From Camelus dromedarius (lineage: Eukaryota): a stretch of DNA of 64,000 nucleotides. Location of the stretch: NCBI RefSeq assembly GCF_036321535.1, contig NC_087437.1:8308001-8372000 (forward strand), given 5' to 3'. The number at the start of each line of letters is the position of its first letter. Positions within the stretch are counted from its first letter, which is position 1. The translations under genes and the position numbers were made by a program. The notes beneath the pieces were generated by a model that was not told the origin of the DNA, searched no databases, and saw nothing but the letters and a program-made list of their open reading frames with translations. Below, one piece after another: positions 1 to 12,817 of the stretch.

Positions 1-3000
1 TAGGATAGACCACATACTTGGACATAAAACAAGCCTCAACAAATTTACGAGGATAGAAATTATTTCAAGCATCATTTCTGACTTCAATGGCATGAAACTA
101 GAAATCAACCACGGAAAGAGAAACAAGAAAAACAATAACAACTACAAAATGACTGCATGGAGACTAAACAACATGCTACTAAAATACCAGTGGGTCAATG
201 ATGAAATCAAAAAGGAAATTTAAAAACACCTGAGACAAATGACAGTAAAAACAACCAACATAAAATCTGAGATGTAGCAAAAGTAGTCCTAAGAGGGAGG
301 TTAAAAGAAATACAGGGCTTCCTCAAAAAATAAGAAAAATCTCAACTAAACAACCAAACCTACCATCTAAAAGAATTAGAAAAAGAAGAACAAACAAAAC
401 CTAAAGCCAGCAGAAGGAAGGAAATAATAAAGATCAGAAAGGAAATAAAAGACAGATTAAAAAAAAAAAAAGAAAAAGCCAATCAAACCAAGAGCTGGGC
501 TTTTTTGAAAGAGTAAACAAAATTGACAAACCTCTGGCCAGGTTCACCAAGAAAAGAGAGAGGACCCAAATAAAATACGAAACGAAAGAGGAGGAATTGC
601 AACCAACACTACAGAAATACAAAACACCATAAGAGAACACTATGAACAATTATATGCCAACAAATTGGACAACCTAGAAGAAATGGACAAGTGCCTATAA
701 AATATGGTCCACCAAAGCTGAATTAAGAATAAATAGATAATTTGAACAGACTGATCACTAGAAGTGAAACAGAATCTATAATTAAAAAAAAAAAAAACTC
801 CTTGCAAACAAAAGTCCAGGGCAGGGATGGCTTCATTGGGACATTCTACCAAACATAAAAAGAACTTATACCAATCAATCCTTCTCAAACTCTTCCAAAA
901 GATTGAAAAGGAGGGAACACTCCTAAACTCATTCCATGAAGACACCATCACCCTGATATCAAAACCAGATAATGATGCTACCAAAAAAGAAAAGTACAGG
1001 CCAATATCTTTAATGAATACAGATACAAAAACCTCCACAAAACATGAGCAAATCAAATCAAAAAACACATAAAAAAGATCATACACTATGATCAAGTTGG
1101 ATTCATCCCAGGGACACAAGGATGGTTCAACATAGGCAAATCAATCAATGTGATACACCACAGCCACAAAAGGACAAAAGCCACATGATTATCTCAACAG
1201 ATGCAGACAAATCCATTCATGATAAACTATTACCAAAATGGGTGTACAGAGAACATATCTCAACATTATAAAAGCTATTACGACAAACTCACAGCCAAAA
1301 TACTTAATGGTAAAAAGTGTAAAGCCTTCCCCCTAAAATGTGGAACAAGACAAGGATGCCCATTCTCACCAACTCTCACCATTTGTTCAACATAGTGTTA
1401 GCAGTCCTAGCCATAGCAATCAGACAAGAAAAAGAAAAGGGATCCAAATTAGAAAGGAAGAAGTAGAATTATCACTGTATACAGATAACATTATTCTATA
1501 TATAGAAAACCCTTAAGATTCCATGCAAAAACTACTAGAGCTGATACAAGACTAACATACAGAAATCTACTGAATTTCTTTACACTAACAAATATCAGAA
1601 AAGGAAATTAAACAATCACTTTTAAAATCACATCAAAAAAAAATTATGAATAAACCTGACCAAGGAGGTGAAAGACTTACATGCTGAGAGCTGTAAAACA
1701 CTGATAATGGAAATAAGAAATGGAAAGATACCCATGCTTTTGGATTAGAAGAAATTAATATTGTTAAAATGGCTATACTACCCAAAGCAATCTACAGATT
1801 TAATGCAATCCCTATTAATACACCCAGGACATTTTTCACAGAATTAGAACAAATAATCCTAAAATTTATATGGAATAACAAAAGACCCAGAACTGCCAAA
1901 GCAATACTGAAGAACAAAACTGGAGACATAACCGTCCCAGATGTCAGACAATACTACAAAGCTATAGTAATCAAAAAACAGTGTGGAACTGGTACAAAAA
2001 CAGTCATGTGGATCAATGGGACAGAATAGAGCCCAGAAATAAACTGGCCCACCTGCAGTCAATTAATCTTTGACAAAGGAGGCAAGAATATGCAATGGAG
2101 AAAGAAAATATCTTTGACAAGTGGTGTTGGGAAAGCTGGACAGCTGCATGTAAATCAGTGATGGTAGAACACACCCACACCATACAGAAAAATAAACTCA
2201 AAATGGCTGAAAAACTCAAACGTAAGACTGGACACCATAAATCTCCTAGAAGAAACTGTAGGCAAAACATTCTCTGACATAAATCTTAGCAATGTTCTCC
2301 TAGGGCAGTCTACCCAGGCAATAGAAACAAAAGCAAAAATTAACAAATGGGACCTAATTAAACTTACAAACTTTTGCACAGCAAAGGAAACCATAAGCAA
2401 AATGACAACCTATGGAATGGGAGAAAATATTTGCAAAAGATGAAACTGACAAGGGCTTGATTTCCAGAATATATACACAGCTCATACAATTTAATAAGAA
2501 AAAAAAAATGAATAACCCAATCCAAAAATGGACAGAAGACCTAAACAAGCAATTCTCTGATGAAGACATACGAATGACCAATAGGCCTATGAAAAAATGC
2601 TCAGTATCACTAATTATCAGAGAAATGCAAATCAAAACTATGAGGTATCACCTCACACCAGTCAGAATGGCCATCATTCAAAAGCCCACAAATGATAAAT
2701 GCTGGAGAGGCTGTGGAGAAAAGGGAACCCTCTAAACTGCTGGTGGGAATGCAGTTTGGTGCAGCCCTTGTGGGAAAGAGTATGGAGATTCCTCAAAAGA
2801 CTAAAAACAGACTTACCTTTTGACCCAGCAATCCCACTCCTGGGCATATATCCAGCGGGAACCCTAATTCAAAAAGACACCTGCACCCCAATGTTCATAG
2901 CAGCACTATTTACAATAGCCAAGACATGGAAACAGCCTAAATGTCCATTGACAGATGACTGGATGAAGAAGCTTTGGTATATTTATACAACAGAATACTA

Positions 3001-3443
3001 CTTGGCCATAAAAAATGATAAAATAATGCTATTTTCAGCAACATGGATGGCCCCAGAGAATGTCATTCTAAGTGAAGCCAGAGAAGGAAACTACCATATG
3101 ATATCACTTATATGTGGAATCTAAAAAATAGGGCAAATGAACATAAATATAAAATAGAAACTGACTCATAGACATAGAATACAAACTTGTGGTTGCCAGG
3201 GGAAAGGGGGGTGGGAAGGGATAAACTGGAAGTTCGAGATCTGCAGATACTGACTGGTATATATAAAATAAACAAGTTTATACTGTATAGCACAGGGAAA
3301 TATATTCAATACCTTGTGGTAGCTTATGGTGAAAAAGAATATGAAAATGAATGTATGTATATTCATGTATGACTGAAGAATTGCGCTGTACACCAGGAAT
3401 TGACACAACATTGTAAACTGACCAAGCGTCAATTAAAAAAAAA
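1..3443 (+). mobile_element. LINE-1 (3' part of ORF2, 3' UTR, A-tail), degenerate; continues beyond the window start
   Basis: ORF fragments read as L1 ORF2p ([71 protein letters not shown]). The RT FADD motif is decayed to YTDN at ~1478-1489. There are many stops and frameshifts, and an A-tail at ~3434-3443. Confidence 0.97.
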
Positions 3444-3459
3444 GTGTTATATTATACAC

Positions 3460-3935
3460 AGAGGAATATTACTAAGTCATAAAACAGAATACCCTGCCAT
3501 TTGCAGCAACACAAATGTACCTAGAGATCATACTAAGTTAAATAAGAGAAAGACAAATATCATGTATCATTTATATGTGGAACAAAAAAAAAAAGATACA
3601 AATGTACTTATATACAAATCGAAAATAGACTTGTAGTCATAGAAAACAAATTGGGTTACCAAAGGAGAAAGGAGATGGGGAGGGATAAATAAGGATAAAT
3701 TAGGGATTAACAGATACACATTACTGTATATAAAATAGATGAACAACAAGGACCTACCGCATAGCACAGGGAAGTATAATCCACATCCTGTAATAACCTA
3801 CAATGGAAAACAATCTGAAAAAGAATATACACACACACATATATATACACACACACATATATATAAAACTGAATCACTTTGGTACATACCTGAACCCACA
3901 GAACATTGTAAATCAACTATACTTCAATAAAAATT
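3460..3935 (+). mobile_element. Second, 5'-truncated L1 3' end
   Basis: Repeats the L1 3' motifs (gccatttgcagcaac..., gggataaattagggattaacagatacac, gtaaatcaactatacttcaataaaa). Confidence 0.88.
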
Positions 3936-4496
3936 AAGAAATAATGTATTTAAATTTTAAAAACTGTTAGGAAAATGATATACTCCTTGTATCAGCAGAA
4001 TTGATAACAACCACTTACAGAGCAATCCTACGTCCAGGTAGTAACTTCATGGAGACTTATTCACATGCGTAAAGGAATGGAGAATATTACCTGCAGCACT
4101 AATATGTAACAATGAAAAAGTGGAAGCAAGTTTGTTTCTCAAAAGAATAAGTCTGGTTTATTTACAAAATACTGAGCATGGATGAAAATAATCTACATCT
4201 GCCAACGTGGATAAACCTAAAAAAACAATGTTGAGCCTAAAAAGTCAGTTGCAAAAAAGAGACGTACAACATAATATTCATGTAAAATGTTAAAATGCAA
4301 AACAATGAACTGTATATGGATAAATATTACAAGAACAATGAAATATTAAAAGTACAAAATTGTAATAGTACAAAACCACCAAGTTTAGAAAAGTAATTGA
4401 TTCTGGACAGAAGGGAAAGTGAGTATCAAAGCTAGATCCAAAAATGTCACAAAGGAAAATCTATAAAGTAAAAGTAAAGGCAGTCAATGGTCTAGA

Positions 4497-4741
4497 GCGG
4501 GAGTTGGCAAACTTTTTTGGCAAAGGGCTGGAGAGTAAGTATTTTAGGCTTTGTAGGCTAAGGGGCGAAATCAAGGACATTATGTAAGCACTCCATTGGG
4601 GTTTGGAGCTAGTGTTTTCTATCATCAAAATCAACAGCAAGTGTTTAAGAACCTAAAAACCATTTTTAGCTTGCAGACCGCACAAAAGCAGGCGAACAGC
4701 TGAGTCTAGCCTGCAGACTGTAGGTTGCACGCTGTGGGCCT
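4497..4741. mobile_element. hAT-Charlie MER58-like DNA transposon remnant
   Basis: gttggcaaactttttt...aagggc...agtaagtattttaggctttgt matches the recalled MER58 start. Confidence 0.65.
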
Positions 4742-4915
4742 AGAGCAAAATTGCCCAATAGAACTGTCTGCGGTGACAGAAACGTTCTCTGTACGCGTTG
4801 TCCCCAGCGTGGTAACCACCAGCCATGTGTGGCTATTGAGCGCTTGAAATGTAGCAATTGTGACTGAGAAATTAAACTTTAAATTGTATTTAATCTTAAT
4901 TAAGATAGCCATTCT
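4742..4915. mobile_element. MER3/MER33-like hAT-Charlie element
   Basis: ccaatagaact...ccagccatgtgtggctattgagcgcttgaaatgtagc...aaattgtatttaat. Confidence 0.7.
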
Positions 4916-5371
4916 AGAACGTCCATGAATTTAAAGAACAGGTGTAAGGGGAGTGGTTGAACAAACTGGAAAAATAAGAGACTACGATGGGAAGGCAGGA
5001 TGTATGCATCAGTGACTCCATCACGGAGAGCCAAATTCTGGCTGATGGAAAGGATGACGGCTGCTAAGGAATGCAGGAAGACGTGCAGACGCAACCAAGA
5101 AAGTGGGAGGTCCGGGTTGGAAGAGTCACCAGTGAAATAAGACGAGTTGATCGTGGACCTGGAGATTGCACAGTGAGCAGTGGGAGGAGGAAAAGTATGA
5201 GGAGGGGGTGTGCTGGGGCGGTGACTGCAGGGAAAACCAAGGTCCAGGAGAGAAACGTCCACGAGGGGTGAGACCAGTGAAGACTCAGAGTCAAGACCTC
5301 CACAACCAGAGGGATTCCACCTCTAATGTTTAAAGAACAGATGGAAAACACAAGCAATATCTTATACAAAT

Positions 5372-5377
5372 TTTATT
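5372..5377 (-). terminator. SGO1: SGO1 polyadenylation signal AATAAA
   Basis: AATAAA on the minus strand ~820 nt after the stop codon, followed by a GT/T-rich tract (TTGCTTGTGTTTTCC). Confidence 0.7.
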
Positions 5378-6192
5378 GCTCTTTAAAAATGAGTAACTAA
5401 AGTTTAAAGAGGAATATACAAGTACAGGCTTCAAACTCTCAGAACCAAACTAATTCCCTCTTACTAGTTCACCAAAAACACAAAAGAGTCCTTGGCATTT
5501 ACACATTCCACATCTGGGATTTCTGACCAAATGAGGCGCCATCCTGAAAGGCCAGGACATCATCATTTGTGGTTTTGCTGAGGCACCAAGTACACGGAGA
5601 GCTGGCGGTTCAGAGCTAGTCACTTACCTGGTCCCTGAGCCTGAGAAACATTGACTCTCTAATCATGATTTACACGTTTTATCTGAAAAGTCAAATACAA
5701 CGGCTGTACCCTACTGTGAATGCCAAGGGTTTATCTTATTCAAATATTATATAGGGAAGTGTCAAAAGATTCTCAGCCTGTCTTCAAAAATCATTCATTC
5801 AATTATAGTATTACCCACTTAAGGGAAAAAATAAAGATGCCTTATAATTAAAACATCTTAATTTGAATGAACATTATTAATTTCCAAATGTTGGTCTAAG
5901 ATACATTTTGACTAAAATACAGTTTAAGGCAGTGTAAGAATTCTAAACTATTATAATGCTTAAGTCCAATTATTTATCTTTAAAAGGAAAAAAACACCAA
6001 ACTTATTAAAGGCTGAAGGAAAAAAAATCACATCTGATGTACAGTTCTGAAGAAATGTTCATGATTGAAGAGTCTTGTCAAGAGATTACTCTACGGAAAG
6101 AGTTCCACCCACTTGAACGCTATCTTACAGATTCTCTTGTGGCGCCATAGAAGGGGGTGTAGGATGAATTTAAACAGCATCCAACAAATGGT

Positions 6193-6310
6193 TCATTGTA
6201 TCTGCTTCGTACTTTTTTTTTTTGAACTGCGTCTGGAATCCCTTTTCTGCTTGAAAATAGGCGAATTCAGGAAACACAAATCTGTAAAAGGGTCTCCTCT
6301 TCTCAGTTTC
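6193..6310 (-). CDS. SGO1: SGO1 exon 8 (last coding exon; end of SGO motif [20 protein letters not shown]...[10 protein letters not shown])
   Basis: Acceptor CTTACAG|G, in phase with exon 7; TGA at 6193-6195. Confidence 0.95.
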
Positions 6311-6501
6311 CTGTAAGGGTGAAAAGAACCCTTAGGCCTAATTATAAGCTTCCCAATATTAACTTACTCTTCAGTATAAAGTTATTGGAAAGAATGCCAT
6401 TGTGAATATTCCTACTTCAGTTTTTCATCAAAATGGTGTATTTCAAGTAAGACTCACAACCTTACTCCCCCCACACGTAACATTAAAAGTCAGATACTTA
6501 C

Positions 6502-6691
6502 GAGGCGAGCGTGGGTTCCTTATAGTTCACAATGGCTGTGCACCTGCGCTTGCGCAGAGACACTGGTGGGCTTTCTACATTCTTTTTTGGAGAAAGAGAA
6601 AGTTTTCTGGCTTTCACTGCAGGATACAAGGGGACATTTGTGATATCCTTCAGGCTAAAATGAGGTGACCGGCGAGTCTCAGGTAGTGCAC
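6502..6691 (-). CDS. SGO1: SGO1 exon 7 ([10 protein letters not shown]... and basic SGO motif [17 protein letters not shown])
   Basis: ORF 6498..6803. Acceptor TTGTAG|, donor |GTAAGT; 190 nt; phases consistent. Confidence 0.96.
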
Positions 6692-7529
6692 CTACAAGAA
6701 CAACTTGTATTGAATATGGTTGCAAAAAAAACCAAAAACCAAAAAACAAAAAAACACAGGAATTAAAACTGTATGCAATTACACATCCTAAATGTATACA
6801 CAATCCAGCATTTTATAATATAGATTTTTAAACACTTGTTCATCACTTTTTCATCCTAGACAATATTAATTACTGTGGATGTGAAGAACTGACTAAAAGT
6901 AACAGTTTACTGAAACTTAAAATTCTTAAAAATTAAAGAGAAATTACAATTCTCCTGGGATAGCCTGGGCACAAAGAATTAGTTTAAACTCTGCAATTTC
7001 ATTTAGTCACACTTTGCTCTTCAGAATCATCAGGCCTCTATTTCAATTCCAAAGTTTATCATCAGATGGCTTCATATGGTCTTAAAAAGCCACTTGAACT
7101 CATTTACTAAATAAGTGAAAATTTGAAATCATAGTCTCTGTGTAAACCAGGAGAAAAGGGGTTCCCTCCAGTAAAGCTAGTAGGTTAAAAAGATTCCAAT
7201 GGTTTTTTCTATCATAAACATCCAAATTATTCTACCTGGGAGCCACATCTATATTGGGAGACAGGTACCCAGTACACAGTAAGAACACTGCAAGACAATC
7301 TCTGAAAATTGCTTTAAAAAGCAAATCATTTCCCAAGAAAAACTACACTGGAACCATAAAATGACTTTATACTTAGTAACCATTCTCCAGGGTTATCTGG
7401 GTTTCAAATACTCAGTCTTTCTTGTCCCCACATAAGCATATTGTACTACACTAATTATTCCAACTTTCAGTTTGGAAAACATGGTTAAACAACAATCAGA
7501 TCAGTTGCTATGTTCTGGAACAACGCTTC

Positions 7530-7690
7530 TAACACTTCAATGCATATATAAATCTTCTGGCGGAATTTGTTAAAAAGATGCAGATTCTGATTCAAGAATG
7601 TAGGGTACGGTCTGAGATTGTTTTTCTAAGAAGTTTTCAAAGTAATGTTGATACTGATGGTCTGAGGACCAAACTCTGAACAACACTATT
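7530..7690. mobile_element. MER5-like hAT-Charlie remnant in intron 6
   Basis: gttaaaaagatgcagattctgattca...ggtctgaggaccaaactctgaa. Confidence 0.6.
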
Positions 7691-8712
7691 TTAGAGTGTA
7701 TTTTTTTTTCCTTTTAAAAACTTACTATGAAAAATTTCAAGTATACACAAAAATGGAGACAACAGTGTAATGAACCTCCAGCCACCCTGCTTCAATAATT
7801 ATCAACATTTTGCCACTCTTGTTTGATTTACTGTAACATCATTACAGCACATTTTTCAAAAAGATATTTGCATGATACCATCACCTAACTGGTTGACCTT
7901 GGAAAGTCATTTAACTTTTTTCGGCCTTAGTTTTCCTTATAAACAAAACAAGCATGGCATCACGGACACTTCACAAAGTTGTTCTGAGGACCAAATGAAC
8001 CAGCATCACAATATTTTGAGGATGATACAACCCATTTATGTTAGCTTTAGCACCATAAGGAAAAGTCCCAGATGAGAATCTGTGGGCAGGTGCAGGCTGT
8101 ATCATCAGCATTTGAACCACGCCTATTTTTTGATCTAACTAATCAAAGTGAGATTTTCTAAGCCACAGTTTTTGCATGTCTTACAAATACCTTACAAAAG
8201 AATCCTAAGTCCATCAATTGAGGGAAAGTCTTTCTTGGTCTTATTAGTCAGCCTTCACTAAACAGAAAGTTACGTTAAATCACGGTCCTGTTGAATACCA
8301 AACAAGGCCATTAAAGTTACGGGTCACTGGATTCAAGTTTGATTTCATTTTCAAGGGTATGTTTCATGGGAATGTATAATAGATATTTTAATTCAACCCA
8401 ATACCACCAAAGTTTTTTCCTCACCTTGGAAGGCTTCATTTACTGAAAGTAAAAATGTTTTCTCCAAAACAAGTAGTATTTGTTCTTAAAGAGGATTTAA
8501 ATTAGCTTAAAGCAGGTCAAAGCAACACAACTGTGATTTCCACCCACCCCTCTATCCCCCACTATTTAATCAGACTGTAATTTCCTCCAAAGAGACAGAT
8601 GGTAAGTCTCTAACCTCCCCCAGAGAAACAGATGGCAAGTATAGTACATAATACCAGGAGTGATCATTTATCATAAACATTAAAAACGCAAGCAAACAAG
8701 TAGATCACTTAC

Positions 8713-9528
8713 TACTAGGAGTTTTTGTTGGCTCAGAGCCCGCTGTCTCCTCCTCACCGCTATGTTTCAGTGCTCTTTTAGATCGAGGCCGGGTGACTGG
8801 ACTCTTATGTGACTCACTGGTGAGATCCTGACGGCTCCTGCACGTGGGCAAATAGAGGTCGTCAGAATCATCACCGGAGCTGCTGGATTCACAGATGCTC
8901 GCTTCAGATTCATTGCTGTTTTCTTCTCTTTTAGAATCTTCGCTCGTTTTTTGTCGGAAAGGAGTAAGATGAACACCCTCTTCCAAATTAAAATTGTAAG
9001 CATCCTTGCAGGTGACAGATTTACCCAACTTTTTTTTGGAAACGTTTTTTTTATTTTCACTTTTGCTCCCCTTATATTTTGATATAGGTTTTGATTTCCT
9101 CCTTCTGTTAGCTTTTTTTCTCTCTTTTCTTTTTCCTCCTAGTGCGTCTCTGTGCTTGTTTTCAGTTTGTTCAGATTTGTCCTGTAAAATGTCCTCTTTT
9201 GTTTCAGTAAAGTGTCCTGGGTGAATCTGCTTTGATGGTAAGTTAATTTGATCCTTGTTCCATCGATAAACATTCTGTTCTACATTTTCAGGTATGTGCA
9301 TGTTTCCTGGTGGGTGTACACATCTAATTCTTTTCAGTTCAAAAGACTGCTCTGACAAATGACTGATTCCAAAATCATCCAAGCTACTGAACTCACATAG
9401 ATTATTAACAGGTTTCTTCAGACTGCGACGGAGAGACACAGTTCTAGGTAAGACACTGTCAGCTGACTTCTCTTCACCTGAATCCAAATCAAATCCCAGT
9501 CTGTCTTGGGAAACAGTAGGTATTTGCT
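8713..9528 (-). CDS. SGO1: SGO1 exon 6 (large exon with cohesin-binding [17 protein letters not shown])
   Basis: ORF 8705..9547. Acceptor TTATCAG|, donor |GTAAGT; 816 nt. Confidence 0.97.
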
Positions 9529-10047
9529 CTGATAATTTAAAAAACAAATGAGAAAAATAGTTTTACTTTATGGAAATTTTAATTTCAAGAATCTCAGAAT
9601 TCAAAACTAAAAATGGAAAAATTGAAAGTCATTCTGTAGTTTCCCCACGTTTACTGTAAGTAAATACAAATCTGGGAACTTAACCTTTCCTCACTCCTTT
9701 GAGTTTATATAGAATGGGGCCGTGCCTGTACTCCAAGGCTGTTATGAGAGTTTAGTAAGATGATGTAAATAAAGTGCCTAACACAGAGCCTGACACACAG
9801 TAGGTTCAGTAAACTACAGGCATCCTTATAGCCAAGGTTCCTGATTATACATTTGGCAAAATAAATGGATGTATTTTAAAACTCTTACATTCTGTATAAA
9901 TAAACAGATATTTGCTTTGAGCAGAATACCAGACAAGCAGATTTAAAAAGGTAACAAAATCAGACTTAGAGAAATTTAATTATGTTACTTGTTCTCAAAT
10001 ATCTTATCTTGACCTTAACAATATTTTTAGATTTTCATTTGAATCAC

Positions 10048-10106
10048 CTTCTATTTGGGATGATTCTCCTTGTCCTGGAAAGTCAGCTTCCTGAAGAGGA
10101 ACTTGC
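10048..10106 (-). CDS. SGO1: SGO1 exon 5 (QVPLQEADFPGQGESSQIE)
   Basis: TTTTCCAAG| acceptor, |GTGATT donor; 59 nt; keeps the frame between exons 4 and 6. Confidence 0.9.
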
Positions 10107-10842
10107 CTTGGAAAATACCAATAAAAAATTTATTTAACAATTATGCAATAAAAACAAATTTTAAGATTTTCTACAAATCAAGTTTCTTCCTTTTCTTTAG
10201 TATCATAATTCCCTTCTAAATCAGTACGTATGCTCTGTTATCAAAAGAAACCAAAAACACCTATCCTGAATACATGGAGGCTGATTTGTTACGGCTGACA
10301 CTCAACTCTCACTGGAGGAACTAACATACCCCACTGGACAGTTCCTCCTGAAAACATGCTGTAACTTGTAATTTCATTTAGCTGGAGAAACAGCCAATCA
10401 GATTGGTCCATAAAACATATTAAAGAAATTCGATGTGATTATTCTTTAGGAGCCTGCTTTATCATTACCTGAGCTGTGATTTTTTCTGGTAATGCATACT
10501 TTTATGGTGCTTAACTACTGACTCCTCTGAATGTTCACTTTCTTCAAAAATCTTGTCTCCCTTTGGTTCATGGAACAAGAAATTTCCATTATTTATGCTT
10601 TAATATGGCTGTTTCATTCTAATTATCATTTTATTCTTTATGTTCTGTACAGAATTTCCCTCTGGACATCAAAACTTAAGTACAAGTGTAGGTAACAGAG
10701 TTATGGTAACCAACTAATAACAATTTCAGAAATCCTCTAAAAACTCAATTACCTCATTTTACTTTTTGGTCATGACATAAATATTTCATCAGATCTTAAC
10801 ATTCAACAGTTTAAAAACTATTCATGATTAAAACTAATGTGG

Positions 10843-10977
10843 AGGGGGTAGAGGATAGCTCAGTGGTAGAGCACGTGCTTAGCATGTATGAGGTCCTGGG
10901 TTCAATCCCCGGTACCTCCTCTAAAAATAAATAAACCTAATCACCCCACCCCCCAACAAACAAACACAAAAAAATAA
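10843..10977 (+). mobile_element. tRNA-derived SINE (Vic-1-like)
   Basis: A box tagctcagtggtagagc, B box gggttcaatccc, A-rich tail; TSD aaaactaatgtgg at 10830-10842 and 10978-10990. Confidence 0.92.
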
Positions 10978-11069
10978 AAAACTAATGTGGGGACATAAGT
11001 CGTATTAGTGATTACTTCTGCAAGGAGAGGGGCACAGACTTGAAAGGGACTTGAGGGAACGGTTTATGG

Positions 11070-11293
11070 CAGCAGCTCTCACCTGGGGACTGTTAACCTC
11101 CCCCCACCCAGGGGATACCTGGCGATGTCTGGGGGCACTTTTGATTCTCATAGCTGTGGGAGGCAGGGTGCTACTGGCATCTAGTGGGTAGTGGCCAAGG
11201 ATGCTGGCAATATCCCACAATGCTTAGAACAGTGCCCACAACAAAGAATGATCTGGCCGCAAATGTCGGCAGTGCTAAGACTAAGAAACCCCG
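11070..11293. mobile_element. MER20 hAT-Charlie element
   Basis: gtgctactggcatctagtgggtag..gccaaggatgctg...acaaagaatgatctggcc matches the recalled MER20 consensus. Confidence 0.85.
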
Positions 11294-11906
11294 GGCCAGA
11301 GTGAGGGTAGTATCTTAAGTCTGTGTCTTAACTCAGGTTTTGGATCACAGGAGTGTACATTAGTCCAACTCACCGAACTGTGTACCTAAGATTTGTGCAT
11401 TTTACTGTATGTAATTATATTTCAATAATTCATAAGCAAACAAATAAAGTGTGCTTAATCCTAGAAGAGAAGAGGGTGTTTGGGGTCTGATGGTATTTAA
11501 GAATCAGTTGGATTAGCCAAAGTGACAGCTGTGTTAAATATGGTATTTTATTAGATTTCTTTTCTAAATCAAACTATTTGTAGTACTGGCAAAACACCAT
11601 CATTTGAATAACCAACCCTCCTTAGAATAAAGACATGATACCAGAAAAACATAATCAAAAGGAGTAGTTCAAAAACTCGAGAGAAACTTCTCACTTCTAG
11701 ACATCAAAAAAGTAACTAAATATTAGAAAGCTTTGGCTTGGCTTTATAGAACAGAATTTCAACATACCAAGTTTTCTGAAATACATTCTTACAACTCAAG
11801 ACTCCAAATATAAGGGTCAGTATGATGCTAATTTCCTTTCATAAATGGATCACAGAATTAAATATTTCTTGGTATTAATAATCTTGATAATGAATTTGAT
11901 ACTAAC

Positions 11907-11983
11907 GGTGAATCCTCCACAAGCAGATCCCCGGAGTTGGTGTCACTACTGCAGTCCATTCCAGAGGGACATACTTTCTGGTC
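11907..11983 (-). CDS. SGO1: SGO1 exon 4 (DQKVCPSGMDCSSDTNSGDLLVEDSP)
   Basis: TTAACAG| acceptor, |GTTAGT donor; 77 nt; phases consistent. Confidence 0.92.
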
Positions 11984-12817
11984 CTGTTAATGTGTTAAAA
12001 CAGAGAAAACACTGGTACGGCTGAAATATTCATAATGGAGTATTCATTTACTCAACAATAAATGCTTACTGACAGTCTACTGTGGTGCCAGAGACTGTTC
12101 CAGGAACTGAGTCCACAGCTAGAAACAGATTAAGGACCACCCTCTTAAAGCTTCCACTCTAGTGCAGGGAGAGAACACGGTAAAGAGAAAGGAAAGTTAT
12201 AGTGATAAATGCAATGAAAGAAATACTCCGGTGAAATGACCGCGAGTAACTGATGTGGGAGGGGGGGCTCTCATCCAGAATTCTGAAGAATGCAAAGAAC
12301 CAGCCATTGAAAGAGCAGGGGGAGGAGGAAGCAGTGGAAACAGCACATACAAAAGTCATGATGTAGGGGAAACCTTGCTGCATTTAGAAAAGAAAGGCCA
12401 CTGGGGTCAGAACACAGTCGGTGAAAAGCACAGTAGGGGGTGGGCACACAGAGGCCAGATAATGCAGGGCCTTGAGAACCGTGAGTTTGGGTTTTAGACT
12501 AAGTGTGATGGGGAGTCACTTAAATGTTAAGTAGGGAAGTAAAATGATCTAAGTTTTAGAAAGATTGGTCTGGCCACTGTGTGAAACACGGACTGCAAGG
12601 AGTCAAGGGCAGGAGGAGTTAGGAAATCATCACAGTAAATCCAGCAAGACATAATACTAGCTTGCACGGGAAGGCTAGGGCTGTGGTGAGGGGGCCCAGC
12701 AGGTTTTGAGATAACAGAGTGTGCTCGCACTGACGGGGTCAGGGTAGGGTAGGGTGGGGGGGAGGTAGGGACAAGAAGGGAGAGGGGAGCCTCTGACTGT
12801 TCTGACTTGAGTAAATG

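Noticed and set aside
1..3443. Active L1 reverse transcriptase
   Set aside because: ORF2 is fragmented and the catalytic motif is decayed.
10850..10920. tRNA-like A/B box sequences (also at 12.8, 17.6, 26.4, 39.6, 49.2 and 49.8 kb)
   Set aside because: They are SINE heads with A-rich tails and TSDs, not tRNA genes.
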